Source: an uncultured delta proteobacterium
Lineage (GTDB): Bacteria > Myxococcota_A > Polyangia > Polyangiales > Polyangiaceae
Direction of reading: 5' to 3'
Length of the DNA stretch: 64,000 bases
NCBI GenBank assembly: GCA_963841435.1
Contig: CAWJCS010000005.1
Coordinates: forward strand, 1,632,001 to 1,696,000
The notes beneath the pieces were generated by a model. It saw only the letters and a list, made by a program, of their open reading frames with translations, had not been told where the DNA came from and searched no databases. The position numbers and the translations under genes were made by a program. Shown here piece by piece: positions 28,701-39,286 of this stretch. Each line of letters opens with the position of its first letter. The first letter of the stretch is position 1.

Positions 28701-29704
28701 ATGACCGTGAGCACGCTTGACGTGGATTGCGTCCGACGGGGGCCGCTTGCCCGAAGCTCGGGTGCGCGTTCGAGCTCGGCGCTCGGGCTCGCGCTGCTTT
28801 TCGCCTCCCTCGCAACGGCCTGCTCGGCCGCGACCACCCAGCCCCTGGGGGCGGGCGGGGCCGCGGGGCTGGAAGGCTTGGCTTCCGGGTCCGGCGGTCT
28901 GCTCCAGGGGGGTTCGAGCGGGTCCCTGGGTGGTGCCGGCGCGGCGGGTGGGGGCAGCGGCGGGAGCGGCGCGAGCGGTGGGCTCGGAGGCGGCGCAGCC
29001 GGGAGCGGGACGAACGCCGGGGGCACGGGGGGCGCAGCGGCGGCAGGTGGGGATGCCGGGGCGAGCGGCGCCGGTGGGCTTTCCGGAGCGGGGGGCATCG
29101 CGGCGGGTGGTGCGTCTGGGCTCGGAGGATCGACGGGTGGCGCGGGTGCGGCCGGAGCTTTTGCCGCCGGCGCCGGGGGGAGCTCGGCCGGGACCGCCGG
29201 CACGTCGGGTGCGGGTGGTGGCGCCGCTGCGAGCGGTGCGGGCAGCGCTGGCAAGAGCGGCAGTGCGGGTGCGAGCGGCGCCTCGGGCTGCAACCTGCCG
29301 GTCACGGTGAGCTTCCAGACGGACGTGCAGCCGTTTCTCGTCACGAGCTGCGGCGGCGGTGGGGGCTGCCATGTGATCGACGGCCAGTCAACAACGTCCA
29401 ACGGTGGATACAACCACGCGTACGATTGGATCACGGCCGGATCGCACACCTCGTCGTGCCCCAACAGCCCACTTCGCTTCGAGATCGTGCTCGAACGTCG
29501 TCGAACGCGGCGAACCCTGCGAGCTGCTCCAAGTCTCGGAAGATGCCGCCACCGGACGCGACGGGCGGCGACCTCCGGACGCCGCTCACGGCGTGCGAAG
29601 TGGCGACGCTTCAGGCCTGGCTCGACGAGCCGCTCGTCACCCAGACGCACCGGGCGGACGACACCTCACCGACGACGCCTTACCCGATGCCGCCGTTCAA
29701 CTGA
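28701..29704 (+). CDS. Gly/Ala/Ser-rich lipoprotein with C-terminal cytochrome-c-like domain, frameshifted at ~29493-29505
   Basis: Lipobox ATAC; VSFQTDVQPF..CGGGGGCH; MPP..LT..EVATLQAWL continues in the +2 frame. Confidence 0.65.
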
Positions 29705-29782
29705 AAGCGCCGCCCGCCGGTCCGGGTGCGCGCGCTGGCGGCGGTCGTCCTTGTCGGGGATAACCGCCGCCGTAGCGGCTCG

Positions 29783-32128
29783 TTACGGCGGGATATCGCC
29801 CCACACCGTGAGGGCCGCGCGTGTTTCCGGATCGAGCTCGACGGGCGCCTGCTCGGTGGTGCCGAGCTCCTTCGGGACCTTGCCGGCTTCGCCCGCAAGC
29901 GTGGCAAGCCAGACGGTACGGGCGGCGATGCTGCGATCGGCGAAGACATCGACCGCGCAGGCGGGATCGACGTCGAGCGCGCAGAGGTGCGGGGTCTCGC
30001 CGAGCATACCGCGCAAGAGCCAGGGGCCCTGGCGCGTGGCGTAGCGGCCGAACAGGGTCGCATGCTGGGCGTGCCCCTCGACGATGCCGCCGCCCCTCGC
30101 GCGCAGCGCGAGATCGACGCCGGGCAGCGGGGGTGGGAGCACGAGATCGAGCGCGCGGGCAATGGTCGCGGCAACGTCGACGGCCGTGACCGGCTCCTGG
30201 ATCTCCTTGCCGGCGAGCTCCCCGAACGGCAGCTTCACGATGAGCGGCACGCTCAAGCGCTCCTCGTCGAGCGGGGGCGACGGATCGAACGGCAGCGCCG
30301 GCGGTGCCCCCGGGCTCACGTCGCCCATGACGACGATGAGCGCGCCATCCCAGGCGTTTTCCTTCTTGAGCACCTGGATGAGCTGCGTGAGACCCGCGTC
30401 CTGTTTGGCGAGCGCCGCTTCGGTCAGCGCCGAGAGCCGCGTCCAGTCATCGTCGCCCAGCTTGTGGCGGGAGCGCCCCTGCCTCGCCCGGAGGGCTCCG
30501 AGGATGATGCCGCCGCGCCGGGGCTCGACCGCTCCGTTGTATTCCGTCGGGCGAAGCTGTGCGGCTTCCTCGCGTGAGATGTCCCAGGGCGGGTGGCCGC
30601 CGCGCGCATGGATCACGACGAGGTGCTCGGCGCTCGGGCGTTCTTCGAGGTCGTGCGAGAGCCACGCCGCGGCGCGCGTGAACGGCTCGCTCGCCGCGAT
30701 GTCCTTCACGGGCGACAGCGCCTCGAACGTGTCGAAGCCGGCGTTGAATCCGAACGGCGCGAAGCTCGTCGGCACACTCGTGAACATGGCCGCGCTGCCG
30801 GCAGCTTCCTCGAGCAGGCGCGGCAGCGTGCGGAGCCCCGCGGGCACGCGTTGCAGCGGCGCCTGGACGCCGTGCGCGCGCGGCAAGAGCCCCGTGAGCA
30901 GCGTCGTGAGCACCCCAGACGCCACCGTGGTCGGCGCTCGATAGCGGCTGAACGTCGTGCCGCCCCGGACGAGGCCTGCGAGCGCCGTCATCCCGCCCGT
31001 CGGCCCCCAGGGCGGCACGTCGGCCTGGTCGATCGACGAGAGGACCACGAGAACGACGACGCGGGCCGTCGGAAGCGCCGCCTCCTTGGCGTCGGCGCGC
31101 ACGATCTCGGGGTCGCCGAACGCGATGCGTCCGCCGCGCGTCGCCTCGGGTGCCCTGAGCTCGAGCGCGACGGGCTCGCCCGCAAAGCGACCGAGGTCGA
31201 TGTCGGCCATGGTCCAGGCGTTCGAATCGCTGCCCGCGACTTTGTGCGTCGCGAGCACCTCGAGCTCGCCGCCTTCGCGTCGTGCCGCAAGCTCGGCGGA
31301 GCCGTGCCCCGAGCCCCAGAACCCGAGCGCCACGCGAAGGTGCGCGCCCGCCGCCGGGCGCAGGAAGCACCGCACCGTCGACGGCGCGCGCAGCACGAGG
31401 GCTCGCCGCGGCACGCCACCGAGCGCGACGTCGGCCACGATGTCGAGCAGCGTGGGGGCGGCGAAGCTCGCGTCCTCGCGGTGGTCGCTGGGGCTCGCGA
31501 GGCGCAGCCAGTCGAGCTCGGCGAGCGGGTTCTGCGAGGCGCGTGGCCCGCCCGTGAAACGCAGCCGAACGCGGTGCAGGCCCGGCTCGACCGCTGCGTT
31601 CAGCTCGGGCAGAGCGAAGCTTTTCGGCTCGCCTTCCGGCAGGCGGGCCACGCCGAGTCGCCGGCCGTCGAGGACCGCCTGCACGCGCTTGGCCGTGCCT
31701 GCGCGACCCCGCAGCGTGATGCGTGCGGCATCGAGGCGCTCGTCGAGCCAAAGGTCGTAGTCGAGGTCGCGCGTGCGTGCTTCGAGGTAAGTGGCGCCGT
31801 CACGCTCGACGACCTCGTCGCTCGTCGGCGCGGTGAGTCGAAATCCGGTCCACGGCAGGGGCGCGTCGCCGCCGAGATCGAGCAGTCGGCCGTGATGCTC
31901 GATCTCGCAGCCCGAGAGCCGTTCGATGAGCTCGATCCGGTCGCTCTTTCGCACGGCGCCGAGGGCCGCGGCGGCCGGGCGCGCGGGCGGCGTGGCAGCG
32001 GTGGGGGCGCCGCCCGGCGCCGGATTGTCGCTGCGATGCTTGCAGGCAAGGAGCAGCGAAAGCGAGAGAACGAGCGACACCACCAGCCGCCCGCGACGAG
32101 CCGCGCGTGCGGACGAGCGGGGGGTCAT
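29783..32128 (-). CDS. Lipoprotein with sulfatase/alkaline-phosphatase-like C-terminal domain
   Basis: Lipobox LLAC; TLLTGLLPRAHG, GFDTF, HPPW, VPLIVK, VDVAATI; sulfatase C/SxPxR motif not recognisable. Confidence 0.75.
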   Translation of the reverse strand: MTPRSSARAARRGRLVVSLVLSLSLLLACKHRSDNPAPGGAPTAATPPARPAAAALGAVRKSDRIELIERLSGCEIEHHGRLLDLGGDAPLPWTGFRLTAPTSDEVVERDGATYLEARTRDLDYDLWLDERLDAARITLRGRAGTAKRVQAVLDGRRLGVARLPEGEPKSFALPELNAAVEPGLHRVRLRFTGGPRASQNPLAELDWLRLASPSDHREDASFAAPTLLDIVADVALGGVPRRALVLRAPSTVRCFLRPAAGAHLRVALGFWGSGHGSAELAARREGGELEVLATHKVAGSDSNAWTMADIDLGRFAGEPVALELRAPEATRGGRIAFGDPEIVRADAKEAALPTARVVVLVVLSSIDQADVPPWGPTGGMTALAGLVRGGTTFSRYRAPTTVASGVLTTLLTGLLPRAHGVQAPLQRVPAGLRTLPRLLEEAAGSAAMFTSVPTSFAPFGFNAGFDTFEALSPVKDIAASEPFTRAAAWLSHDLEERPSAEHLVVIHARGGHPPWDISREEAAQLRPTEYNGAVEPRRGGIILGALRARQGRSRHKLGDDDWTRLSALTEAALAKQDAGLTQLIQVLKKENAWDGALIVVMGDVSPGAPPALPFDPSPPLDEERLSVPLIVKLPFGELAGKEIQEPVTAVDVAATIARALDLVLPPPLPGVDLALRARGGGIVEGHAQHATLFGRYATRQGPWLLRGMLGETPHLCALDVDPACAVDVFADRSIAARTVWLATLAGEAGKVPKELGTTEQAPVELDPETRAALTVWGDIPP

Positions 32129-35100
32129 CGGGGGGTGCCGGGGGCCGGCGTGGCGCTCGCGACGACCTGCCGCACCCGGGCGCGTCGCCCGGCCGAAAGC
32201 GTGACTTCCTGGGTCATCGGCGTGCTGCCGCGGATCTCGACGCGATGCTGCCCGGCGACGGCGGGGACGCGCCGCACCGGCCCACTGCCGACGAACTGCC
32301 CGTCAACGTAGATGGGGTCCGTGCCGGGCGTCTCGATCTCGATGACGCCGTTGCCCGCCTTCAGCGTCATGTCCGGGGGCGGCTCGAGATCGTCGGTCAT
32401 GAGCGCCGGTGCGTTTGCCGAGCTCGCCACCGGGATGATTGACGCAGCCGAGACGGCGGGCGTGGCGGCGGTTGGCTCGTCTCGAGGCTCCTCGGGGGAG
32501 ATCAGCGGAAGAACGACGAAATTCGTGACGCCGAACGCGACGCCGAACGCGAGGAGGCCCTTGCCGACCGCGGCAGCCCAGCTGCCGGATGCTTCCGGCG
32601 CTTCGGGGCGTCCGCGCCGTGGCTGTGGCGGCTCCGTCTGGGCGTCGCGCGGCGAGGTCCTCACGATGCGCGGTGGCGCGGGGCTGGTCGGCTCCGGGTC
32701 CAGCTCGTCGAGCCCCGCGGGCTCGTGGGTTTCGGGTTTGCGCGGAGCGGCTGCCGGAACGGCCTCGGCGGCTTCGTTGCGAGGGGCGGAGCGCGCCGTC
32801 TTGGGTGGCGCTGAGCTCACGTCGTTGTCGCCGAGCAGTCCGAGCACGTCCTCGCCCGCGACGACGGCGCCGAGCTCCGGGGTGCTCCGTGCGGGTGGGC
32901 GGGCGGCGTCGAGCGGCTCCTCCGGCTCGCCGCTCGCCGCCGCGGCCTCGCTCGACTTCGCCGTCGTGGGCGCCTCGTCCGGCTTGGTCGTCGTGGTCGG
33001 GCCCGCGGAGAGCGGCAAGGTTCTCGCGGCGACCGGGGCGGCGCCGACCCCCTCGAGAGTCCGGGCAGCTTCGCCGCCGAAGTGGAAAAGCGGCGCCGAC
33101 GCCTCCGCGGTGGCCGGGGTCTTGCTCGCGTCGAGCGGCAGCGTCTTCGAAAGGCCGCCGATTCGCAGGCTCGGTCCCGGGGCCACCATCGTGCTCGCGA
33201 AGGCCGCGGCCGTCTCGGGCGCCTCGCGCGCAGGGGTCGTCGGGGGCTCGGGCTCGGTGGCGGCCAGATGATTTGCCGCGACCGGAGCGTTGGTGGGGCC
33301 TGCTTCCGGCGCCCCCGGATCGGAGGGGCGCAATGGATCGGTTCCGGGGGGCGTGGGCTCGCTCGTCGCGTCGGCGAACCAGCCCGCGTCGTGCTCGTCG
33401 AGAGGGCTCACGCCGGGCTTGGTGCCGGCGCCGAGCCGCTCGGGCTCGGGTTCCGGCGGGGGCGCGCTCGGGACGGGGGCGATGCTCGGGGGGTCGAGCT
33501 CGGCCGAGACCACGCCACCACGTCGCGCGATGTCGGAGAGCACGACCTCGAGCAATCGCGACTCGGCGGAGCCACCGAGCACGAGCTCACGCACCGGCTC
33601 CCCGGCGAGGAGCCGCTTCAACAGGGCCGCCGCCGGCGCCGGGGTCGAGGGCAGGTAAGCCTCCACGAGCGGTCGGTCCAGCTCCAGCTTACGCAGGCGC
33701 ACGAGCGCATGCTGCGAGACGGCTCCGAGCCCCGCCCGGGCCCGCCCGAGCGGCGCGGCCATCAGCTCCGCGAGGGTGCCCTTGAGCTCGACGCGGGTGG
33801 AAGAATCGTCAGGCTCCACCACGAAGCGGCCTGCGCTGGCGCCGAGCAGGCTGCCGAGCACGGTTTCTCCCCGGACGAAGCCGCCGTTGACGCTGCTTCG
33901 GCTCAGCGAAACGAGCCGCCCTCGCCGGACCTGGGCTTCGAACAGGAACGCGGCGTCGCGCACCGACACGCGCACGTTGCCGCCGCCGAGGCACACGAGC
34001 TCGAGCACGAGGCGCGGCGTGATCCCGTCCAGGCGTCCGCGGACCTCCCCGCCGGCGAGGATCCGCGCCTCGACGCGCGCCCGTGGCCGCAGGACCTCCC
34101 GCACGCGCTCGACGACGGCCGACGCGGCCGCCTCCTTGCGCAAATAGCCGTCGGCGCTCGCGCCGAGCTCGCGCACGCGCTGCAGCAGATCTTCCTTCCA
34201 GGACAGCAAAATCACGGGCGTGTCCCGCACGGCGACGTCGCGCTTGATCTCGTGGCAGAGCGAGAAGCCGTCGAGCTTCGGCATGAGCACGTCGCTCACG
34301 ACAACGTCAGGCTGTGCGCCGAACGTGAGCTCGAGCGCCCGTTGCCCGTCGTGGGCTTCGAGCACCTCGACCCCCACGGCCTTGAGCAGCCCGCTCATGA
34401 ACCAGACGACGGCCGGATCATCGTCCGCGACGAGGATCTTGCGCCCGTTGAGCGAAACCCCTTCGGGCTCACGGGAAAGCCGTAGTCCGCGCTCGCCCGC
34501 GCGCCGCTCCGAGCGCGTCCAGGGAGCGAGCGGCACGGCGCCCTCGGGTCCGGTCTGCCGGAAGCGCAGAGCGCCGCTAGAATGCAACGTGACGAGCTCG
34601 CGCACGCGCGCGACCGCGCCCCACACGGCCGCGAGCACGTCGTGCCCCTCCCCGAGCGGCACGCTCGCCTGCGGCGAGCCGGCGTCGAGCGCATCGACCA
34701 GACCGCGTTTGAACTCGTGCGCAATGCGCTCCGAGAGCGCCGCCACCGTGACGTCACCGAGCGGGTCGCGCGAGGCGCGCGGCCGCGCCGAGCGCTGGCG
34801 CAGCTCCTCGACCGTGCGCCTGAGGACGTCCGGGCTCGCCGGCTTCGCGAGCACGCGATCGACCCCGAGCTCGACGAAGGCGCGCGTCGCCTCGGGGTTA
34901 TCGAAGCTTCCGACGACGACGACGGGCAAAGGCTCGATCAGGGCGTCGCCGAGCAGCTGGTCGAGCACGTCGCGCGCGCGCGGGTGGTCGCCGTCGATGA
35001 CCGCGGCGTCCGGGCCCACCATGCGCGCGAGCTCGATGGCCCGATCGGCGTCGTCGGTCCGCTCGCACTCGAGCACGGCCTCGCCCGCGCCCTCCGTGAG

Positions 35101-35529
35101 CGCGTCGGCCAGCGCCTTCGAGCCGAGCACGAGCACGCTGATGGGGAACGCGACCGGAGCCGCCCGCTCACGTGACTCGGGGTCGCGCGTCGAGGCGGGC
35201 GCGCCGAGCACGAGGGACGGCAAAAGGTCGAGGGCGCGGGCCACCTCGGCGAAGGGCTTTCTCCCTCGCTGAGGGGCGCTCCGTACGCTCCGCTCGGCCT
35301 CGGCGAGCGCCTCGGCAACGCTCGCGAAGCCGAGCACCCGGGCCGCCGAGCCCACGGCGTGCACGCGCCGCAGCAGGCCGTTCACGCGGTCCGCGTCGTC
35401 GGGGACCTGCTCGGCGACCTCGAGGGCGCCGCGCAGCGCCTCGAGCCTCCGGGGCAGGCTGCCGACGAACTCCGCGCGGGCGCCGATCAATCGGGCGTCG
35501 TCCTCGCGGCTTTCCGGGGCGGGGGCCAT
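32125..35529 (-). CDS. Multidomain response regulator: Hpt-REC-REC-DUF4388-like, Pro-rich linker, TM, PEGA
   Basis: VHAVGSAARVLGF (Hpt), ILVADDD..SDVLMPKLDG (REC), TM helix, IYVDGQFVG (PEGA-like). Confidence 0.82.
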   Translation of the reverse strand: MAPAPESREDDARLIGARAEFVGSLPRRLEALRGALEVAEQVPDDADRVNGLLRRVHAVGSAARVLGFASVAEALAEAERSVRSAPQRGRKPFAEVARALDLLPSLVLGAPASTRDPESRERAAPVAFPISVLVLGSKALADALTEGAGEAVLECERTDDADRAIELARMVGPDAAVIDGDHPRARDVLDQLLGDALIEPLPVVVVGSFDNPEATRAFVELGVDRVLAKPASPDVLRRTVEELRQRSARPRASRDPLGDVTVAALSERIAHEFKRGLVDALDAGSPQASVPLGEGHDVLAAVWGAVARVRELVTLHSSGALRFRQTGPEGAVPLAPWTRSERRAGERGLRLSREPEGVSLNGRKILVADDDPAVVWFMSGLLKAVGVEVLEAHDGQRALELTFGAQPDVVVSDVLMPKLDGFSLCHEIKRDVAVRDTPVILLSWKEDLLQRVRELGASADGYLRKEAAASAVVERVREVLRPRARVEARILAGGEVRGRLDGITPRLVLELVCLGGGNVRVSVRDAAFLFEAQVRRGRLVSLSRSSVNGGFVRGETVLGSLLGASAGRFVVEPDDSSTRVELKGTLAELMAAPLGRARAGLGAVSQHALVRLRKLELDRPLVEAYLPSTPAPAAALLKRLLAGEPVRELVLGGSAESRLLEVVLSDIARRGGVVSAELDPPSIAPVPSAPPPEPEPERLGAGTKPGVSPLDEHDAGWFADATSEPTPPGTDPLRPSDPGAPEAGPTNAPVAANHLAATEPEPPTTPAREAPETAAAFASTMVAPGPSLRIGGLSKTLPLDASKTPATAEASAPLFHFGGEAARTLEGVGAAPVAARTLPLSAGPTTTTKPDEAPTTAKSSEAAAASGEPEEPLDAARPPARSTPELGAVVAGEDVLGLLGDNDVSSAPPKTARSAPRNEAAEAVPAAAPRKPETHEPAGLDELDPEPTSPAPPRIVRTSPRDAQTEPPQPRRGRPEAPEASGSWAAAVGKGLLAFGVAFGVTNFVVLPLISPEEPRDEPTAATPAVSAASIIPVASSANAPALMTDDLEPPPDMTLKAGNGVIEIETPGTDPIYVDGQFVGSGPVRRVPAVAGQHRVEIRGSTPMTQEVTLSAGRRARVRQVVASATPAPGTPR

Positions 35530-35656
35530 TGGGGGGCCCTACCACACCGCCTCCGAAACAAGCCAAATATCCGCGGTTGGCGCAGCGGTCCTTCCGCGTG
35601 CGACGAGCACGCGACGAGCGCAGAAAACGAGCCGAAGTCGCTGGCTACCCGGGTGC

Positions 35657-36169
35657 TCAGAGCAGGAACGACACCCCGACGGCCAGCGTGGGCCGGCCGA
35701 TGCGCATGGTCAGCGTGATCCGGTCCGTGAAGTGAAAACGCCCGCCCACCCACAGCGCCAGCCACTCGACGCCCCGGTTCTTGGCGTGTCCGTCGATGCC
35801 CTCACCCACGCGAATCGAAATGCCGGGCTCACCGAACACCGACCAATTCCGGCTCAACCAAAAGTTCCACTGCATGACGACCGGGACCCAGGCGCCATGG
35901 TCCACCCAGTCGAGCCCGAAACCGATGCCGACGCTGTTGTTGATCGAAGAGACGAACCCGTTGTCGACGATCTCGACCGTCCCGCGGAACCCGACTCCGG
36001 GAAGGAACTGGTGAAACGGCGCCAAGAGCCCGTGGGGCTCGGCCTCGAACACGTAATTCGGATGCTGACCGGGAAACTTGATCACCATCTGGTCCGCCGC
36101 GGCCGGTCGCGAGAACGAGGCCGCAGCAGCGAGCGCGAGGGGCCCGAGCCAGCCGAGGTGTCGTGGCAT
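35657..36169 (-). CDS. Small outer-membrane beta-barrel-like protein
   Basis: Signal peptide, alternating beta-strands, terminal GVSFLL. Confidence 0.72.
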   Translation of the reverse strand: MPRHLGWLGPLALAAAASFSRPAAADQMVIKFPGQHPNYVFEAEPHGLLAPFHQFLPGVGFRGTVEIVDNGFVSSINNSVGIGFGLDWVDHGAWVPVVMQWNFWLSRNWSVFGEPGISIRVGEGIDGHAKNRGVEWLALWVGGRFHFTDRITLTMRIGRPTLAVGVSFLL

Positions 36170-36187
36170 CGCCCGCAATTAGCCCAG

Positions 36188-37556
36188 TCAGCTGGCCCCG
36201 GCGACTCTTTCGAGGGTGATCCGCACCAGGGCGGCCAGCCGTTCTGGGTTGGTCTCGCCGCCCGCGCCGAGCGTCTCGGCGCCGTCGTAGAGAGGCACCG
36301 ACACCAGCCGGCACGCCGCATCGAGCGCCTCCGCGCCCGTTTGGTCGATGCGGGCAACGGCCGCGCAACCCGGCAGCACGAGCGCCCACAGGGGTGCAAA
36401 CGCATCCACGACGGGGATGCCCACGATCTCGAGCGTCACGCCGTCGGTCAGGCGCAACGTCGACATCGTGTGCGGGACCGGCGCCGCGGGGATCTCGCCG
36501 AGCACGGCGGCGTCCCCGATGCGGCCGAGTGCCGAAAGTGCCGCCGCGAGATTCTGCTGCGACCCCGCGAGCGCGAGACGTGTCGGCCCCTCGAACCCCG
36601 GCCGCGCCACGCGCTGCGCGAGCGCGGCGAGCACGCTGAGGCGTTCGGGGTCGGCGAGGTCGACGCGCAGCGTTCCTCCCGCGAAACGCCGCACGGCGCC
36701 GCGCGCGAGCAGCGCCGCGAGTGCGCTCAAAACGTCGAGGTCGAGCGCCGGCACTTCGTCGAGCAGCTCGCCCAGGCTGTGCGGTGTGACGAGCACGTCG
36801 AGCACGCGCTGCTCCACGTCCGTATGATCGGCCCGCGCGATGACGACGGCGAGCAGGGCGTCGTCGTCGAGGCCGAGCGACTCGATCGCCTTCTTCGCTT
36901 CGTCGAGCTGGCGCACGCCGTCCATCAAGAGCGCGTTCGACGAGCGCTCGATGCGGCGAATCGTGGGCGGCGAGCCACCCGTGAACGCAAACGAGCCCTC
37001 GGACTCACCGAGCAGGCGAATGACGGCCTTTTCGCCGTCGACGCGGCGGTACACGGCGTCCACCACCTCGCCGTCGGTGAGACGCACCTCCCCGGCGCCG
37101 CTCGGCGTCAGGACGCTCAGCGTTCCGCTTCTGCGGTTGGCACCGAGCAGCTGCAAGAGGTCGGCGACGCTCACCTGCTGGAGATCGCCCCGGAAGTCAC
37201 CCCCCGCGGCCGCCGCCGGCGGCACCGAACGTTGCAGGGCATAGACGCGCTTCGCGATGGTCTCCGCGTCCCAACGGGCGAGCTCGCTCGCCTCGCGCTC
37301 ACCAATGCCATCGACGAGCACGAAGCGTGGCAGCCGCGCGAGCGCGGGCTCGCTCGCGACGCGCTCGTCGAAACCCGGCTCGCGCGCGAGGATGCTCGAC
37401 ACCAGCAACACGCTGGCGGCCTGCGAGCGGACGCGCTCGGCGCCGCCTTCGAGGCTGTCCGCGATGCTCACGTCGAGCCCATGCGCCCTGAGCTTCGAAG
37501 CCAGCACGCCGAGCTCGTCCACGTTCGGGCTCGATCAGGAGCACGGTGCGCGACAT
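36188..37556 (-). CDS. Pseudo-receiver / DUF4388 / degenerate small-GTPase-like protein, frameshifted at ~37524
   Basis: MSRTVLLIEPD joins VDELGVL after removing one base; FRGDLQQVSVADLLQLL..RSGTL (DUF4388). Confidence 0.75.
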
Positions 37557-39286
37557 CAGTCGGGAAGCCTCGCGCCGGAGACCTGGGAAAGCCGCTGAAC
37601 CAGGAGATCGGCGAGGAGCGGATCGGCGGCGTGGACGGCGCGGATCGAGTGACCTTCCGAGCGTCCCGCGAGCGCGTAGGTGCCGTGCTCGCCGAGCACG
37701 GCGCAGACTTCGACGTTGCGGCAGCCGGGCAGCGCGCCCACGTCCACCGTCAGCACCTGGCGGCCGCTCGCGCCGCGCACGGCCTCGCTGCTCAGCACGC
37801 CGCCGATGCCGACACCCGGGTGCCGGGTCACGGCGACGATCGTCGAGCCGCCGTGAGCCGCCTCGCGCACCGCCGTGAGCACCAGCGCGACCACGTCGGT
37901 CGTCGGCAGCTCGATCACGCGCGGAGCCTCGAGCCAGTCACGCGAGGTGCCGGCCGGCTCGGCAAGCAGCGCGTCGACGATGCCGTCGAGAGGCAGCGCG
38001 CGCAGGCCGAGTCGCGCCACGGGTGACACGCGGCACACCTCCGCGCGGTGCCGCGCGATGCGCAAAAGGCGCGAAAGGTCGCCGCCGTCGTGGGGATAGA
38101 CCGCCACCCCGACGCTCACGTCGTGCCGCTCGGTCTCCCCCGCGGCCGCGAGCTTGTCGAGCACGCGGCGCCGACAGGCGTGCGCACCGAGGCCGTTCGT
38201 CTCGGGCAAAAGCAGGTAAAACTCGTTGGCGTCAACGCGTGCGAGCACGTCCGTGTCGCGCACGACCCCGAGCACGTGCTCGACGCTCGACAGCGTGGGC
38301 TCGGTGGCACCTTGCGCTGCGCCTTCACGCGCGTGCACGCTGATCGTCGTGAGCGCGAAGCGCCGACGGTGGCGCCGCGCCATGTCGATCTCGCGCCCGG
38401 CCACGTCGACGAAGTAAGCGAACGTGTAAGCGCTCGAACGCGGATCCTTGATGCCGCCGCGCTGCGCCTCCTCACGCGCTGCGATCAACGCCAGCGCCGT
38501 CGCGGCCTGCGCTCCGAACGCCGCCAGCAGCGATTCGCGCGCTTGTGGAGCGAGATCTTCGAGCAGCCCCTGCTCGAGCAAGAAACCGCCGAGCTCGCGC
38601 CGCAGCGCGAGGCGTACCACGCCGAGCCCCTCGCTCTCGGCGAAGGCGTCGAGCTCGAGCTCCTCGCAGAACGCGGGTGCTTTGCCGCTCGGATCGCTGC
38701 CGATACGCTGGAGCTGGCGTGAGCCCTCGCCCGCCGGTACGTACAAGATCGCCCGCCGTGCGCCGGCGCGCATCACGAGCGTGGCGAGCCGCTCGGCAGC
38801 CTCGCGGCGCGTTTCGCACTCGGCGAGCCCTGCGACCTCCACGAGCAGCGCCGCCTCGCTGCGCGCCGAAGCGCCCTGCCGCTCGAGCCGCTCGAGCGCG
38901 ACGCGCTCGGCGCGACGCGTTCGCACGCTCGACGTCATCGTGAGCACGGCGTCGCCCGTGAGCGGCGTCAACAGCACGCCCGTCGCACCGAGCGCCATCG
39001 CGTGCGTGCCGAGCTCCAGCCGACTTTCGTGCGTCAGCGCGTAGATCGGCGTGCGCGGTGAAAGAGCGCGCACATGGTGCAAGAGCGCGAGCCCCGCGCC
39101 CTGCCCGAGCGCCACGTCAACCAGCACGACGTCGGGAATGTCCGCCGCCGCGCGCGCGAGACCATCGACGACCGTGTCCGACAGCGACAGGTGGTCGCCC
39201 GCCGCCGACACCACTCGCTCGAGCAGACCCCGGGTCTCGGGATCGGCGACGATCGCAGCGACCTCGAGGGTCGCCTCTTCGCTCAC
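37556..39286 (-). CDS. REC plus degenerate GGDEF domain protein
   Basis: PDVVLVD receiver; DPRSSAYT..REIDMARRH; RDTD I-site; DANEF in place of GGDEF; SVGVAVYPHDG. Confidence 0.8.
   Translation of the reverse strand: MSEEATLEVAAIVADPETRGLLERVVSAAGDHLSLSDTVVDGLARAAADIPDVVLVDVALGQGAGLALLHHVRALSPRTPIYALTHESRLELGTHAMALGATGVLLTPLTGDAVLTMTSSVRTRRAERVALERLERQGASARSEAALLVEVAGLAECETRREAAERLATLVMRAGARRAILYVPAGEGSRQLQRIGSDPSGKAPAFCEELELDAFAESEGLGVVRLALRRELGGFLLEQGLLEDLAPQARESLLAAFGAQAATALALIAAREEAQRGGIKDPRSSAYTFAYFVDVAGREIDMARRHRRRFALTTISVHAREGAAQGATEPTLSSVEHVLGVVRDTDVLARVDANEFYLLLPETNGLGAHACRRRVLDKLAAAGETERHDVSVGVAVYPHDGGDLSRLLRIARHRAEVCRVSPVARLGLRALPLDGIVDALLAEPAGTSRDWLEAPRVIELPTTDVVALVLTAVREAAHGGSTIVAVTRHPGVGIGGVLSSEAVRGASGRQVLTVDVGALPGCRNVEVCAVLGEHGTYALAGRSEGHSIRAVHAADPLLADLLVQRLSQVSGARLPD

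Noticed and set aside
13159-38026. Long antisense or alternate-frame ORFs (e.g. 13159-15282, 24156-26468 extension, 35732-38026)
   Set aside because: Arg/Ala/Pro-rich shadow ORFs expected from stop-codon scarcity in high-GC DNA opposite real genes
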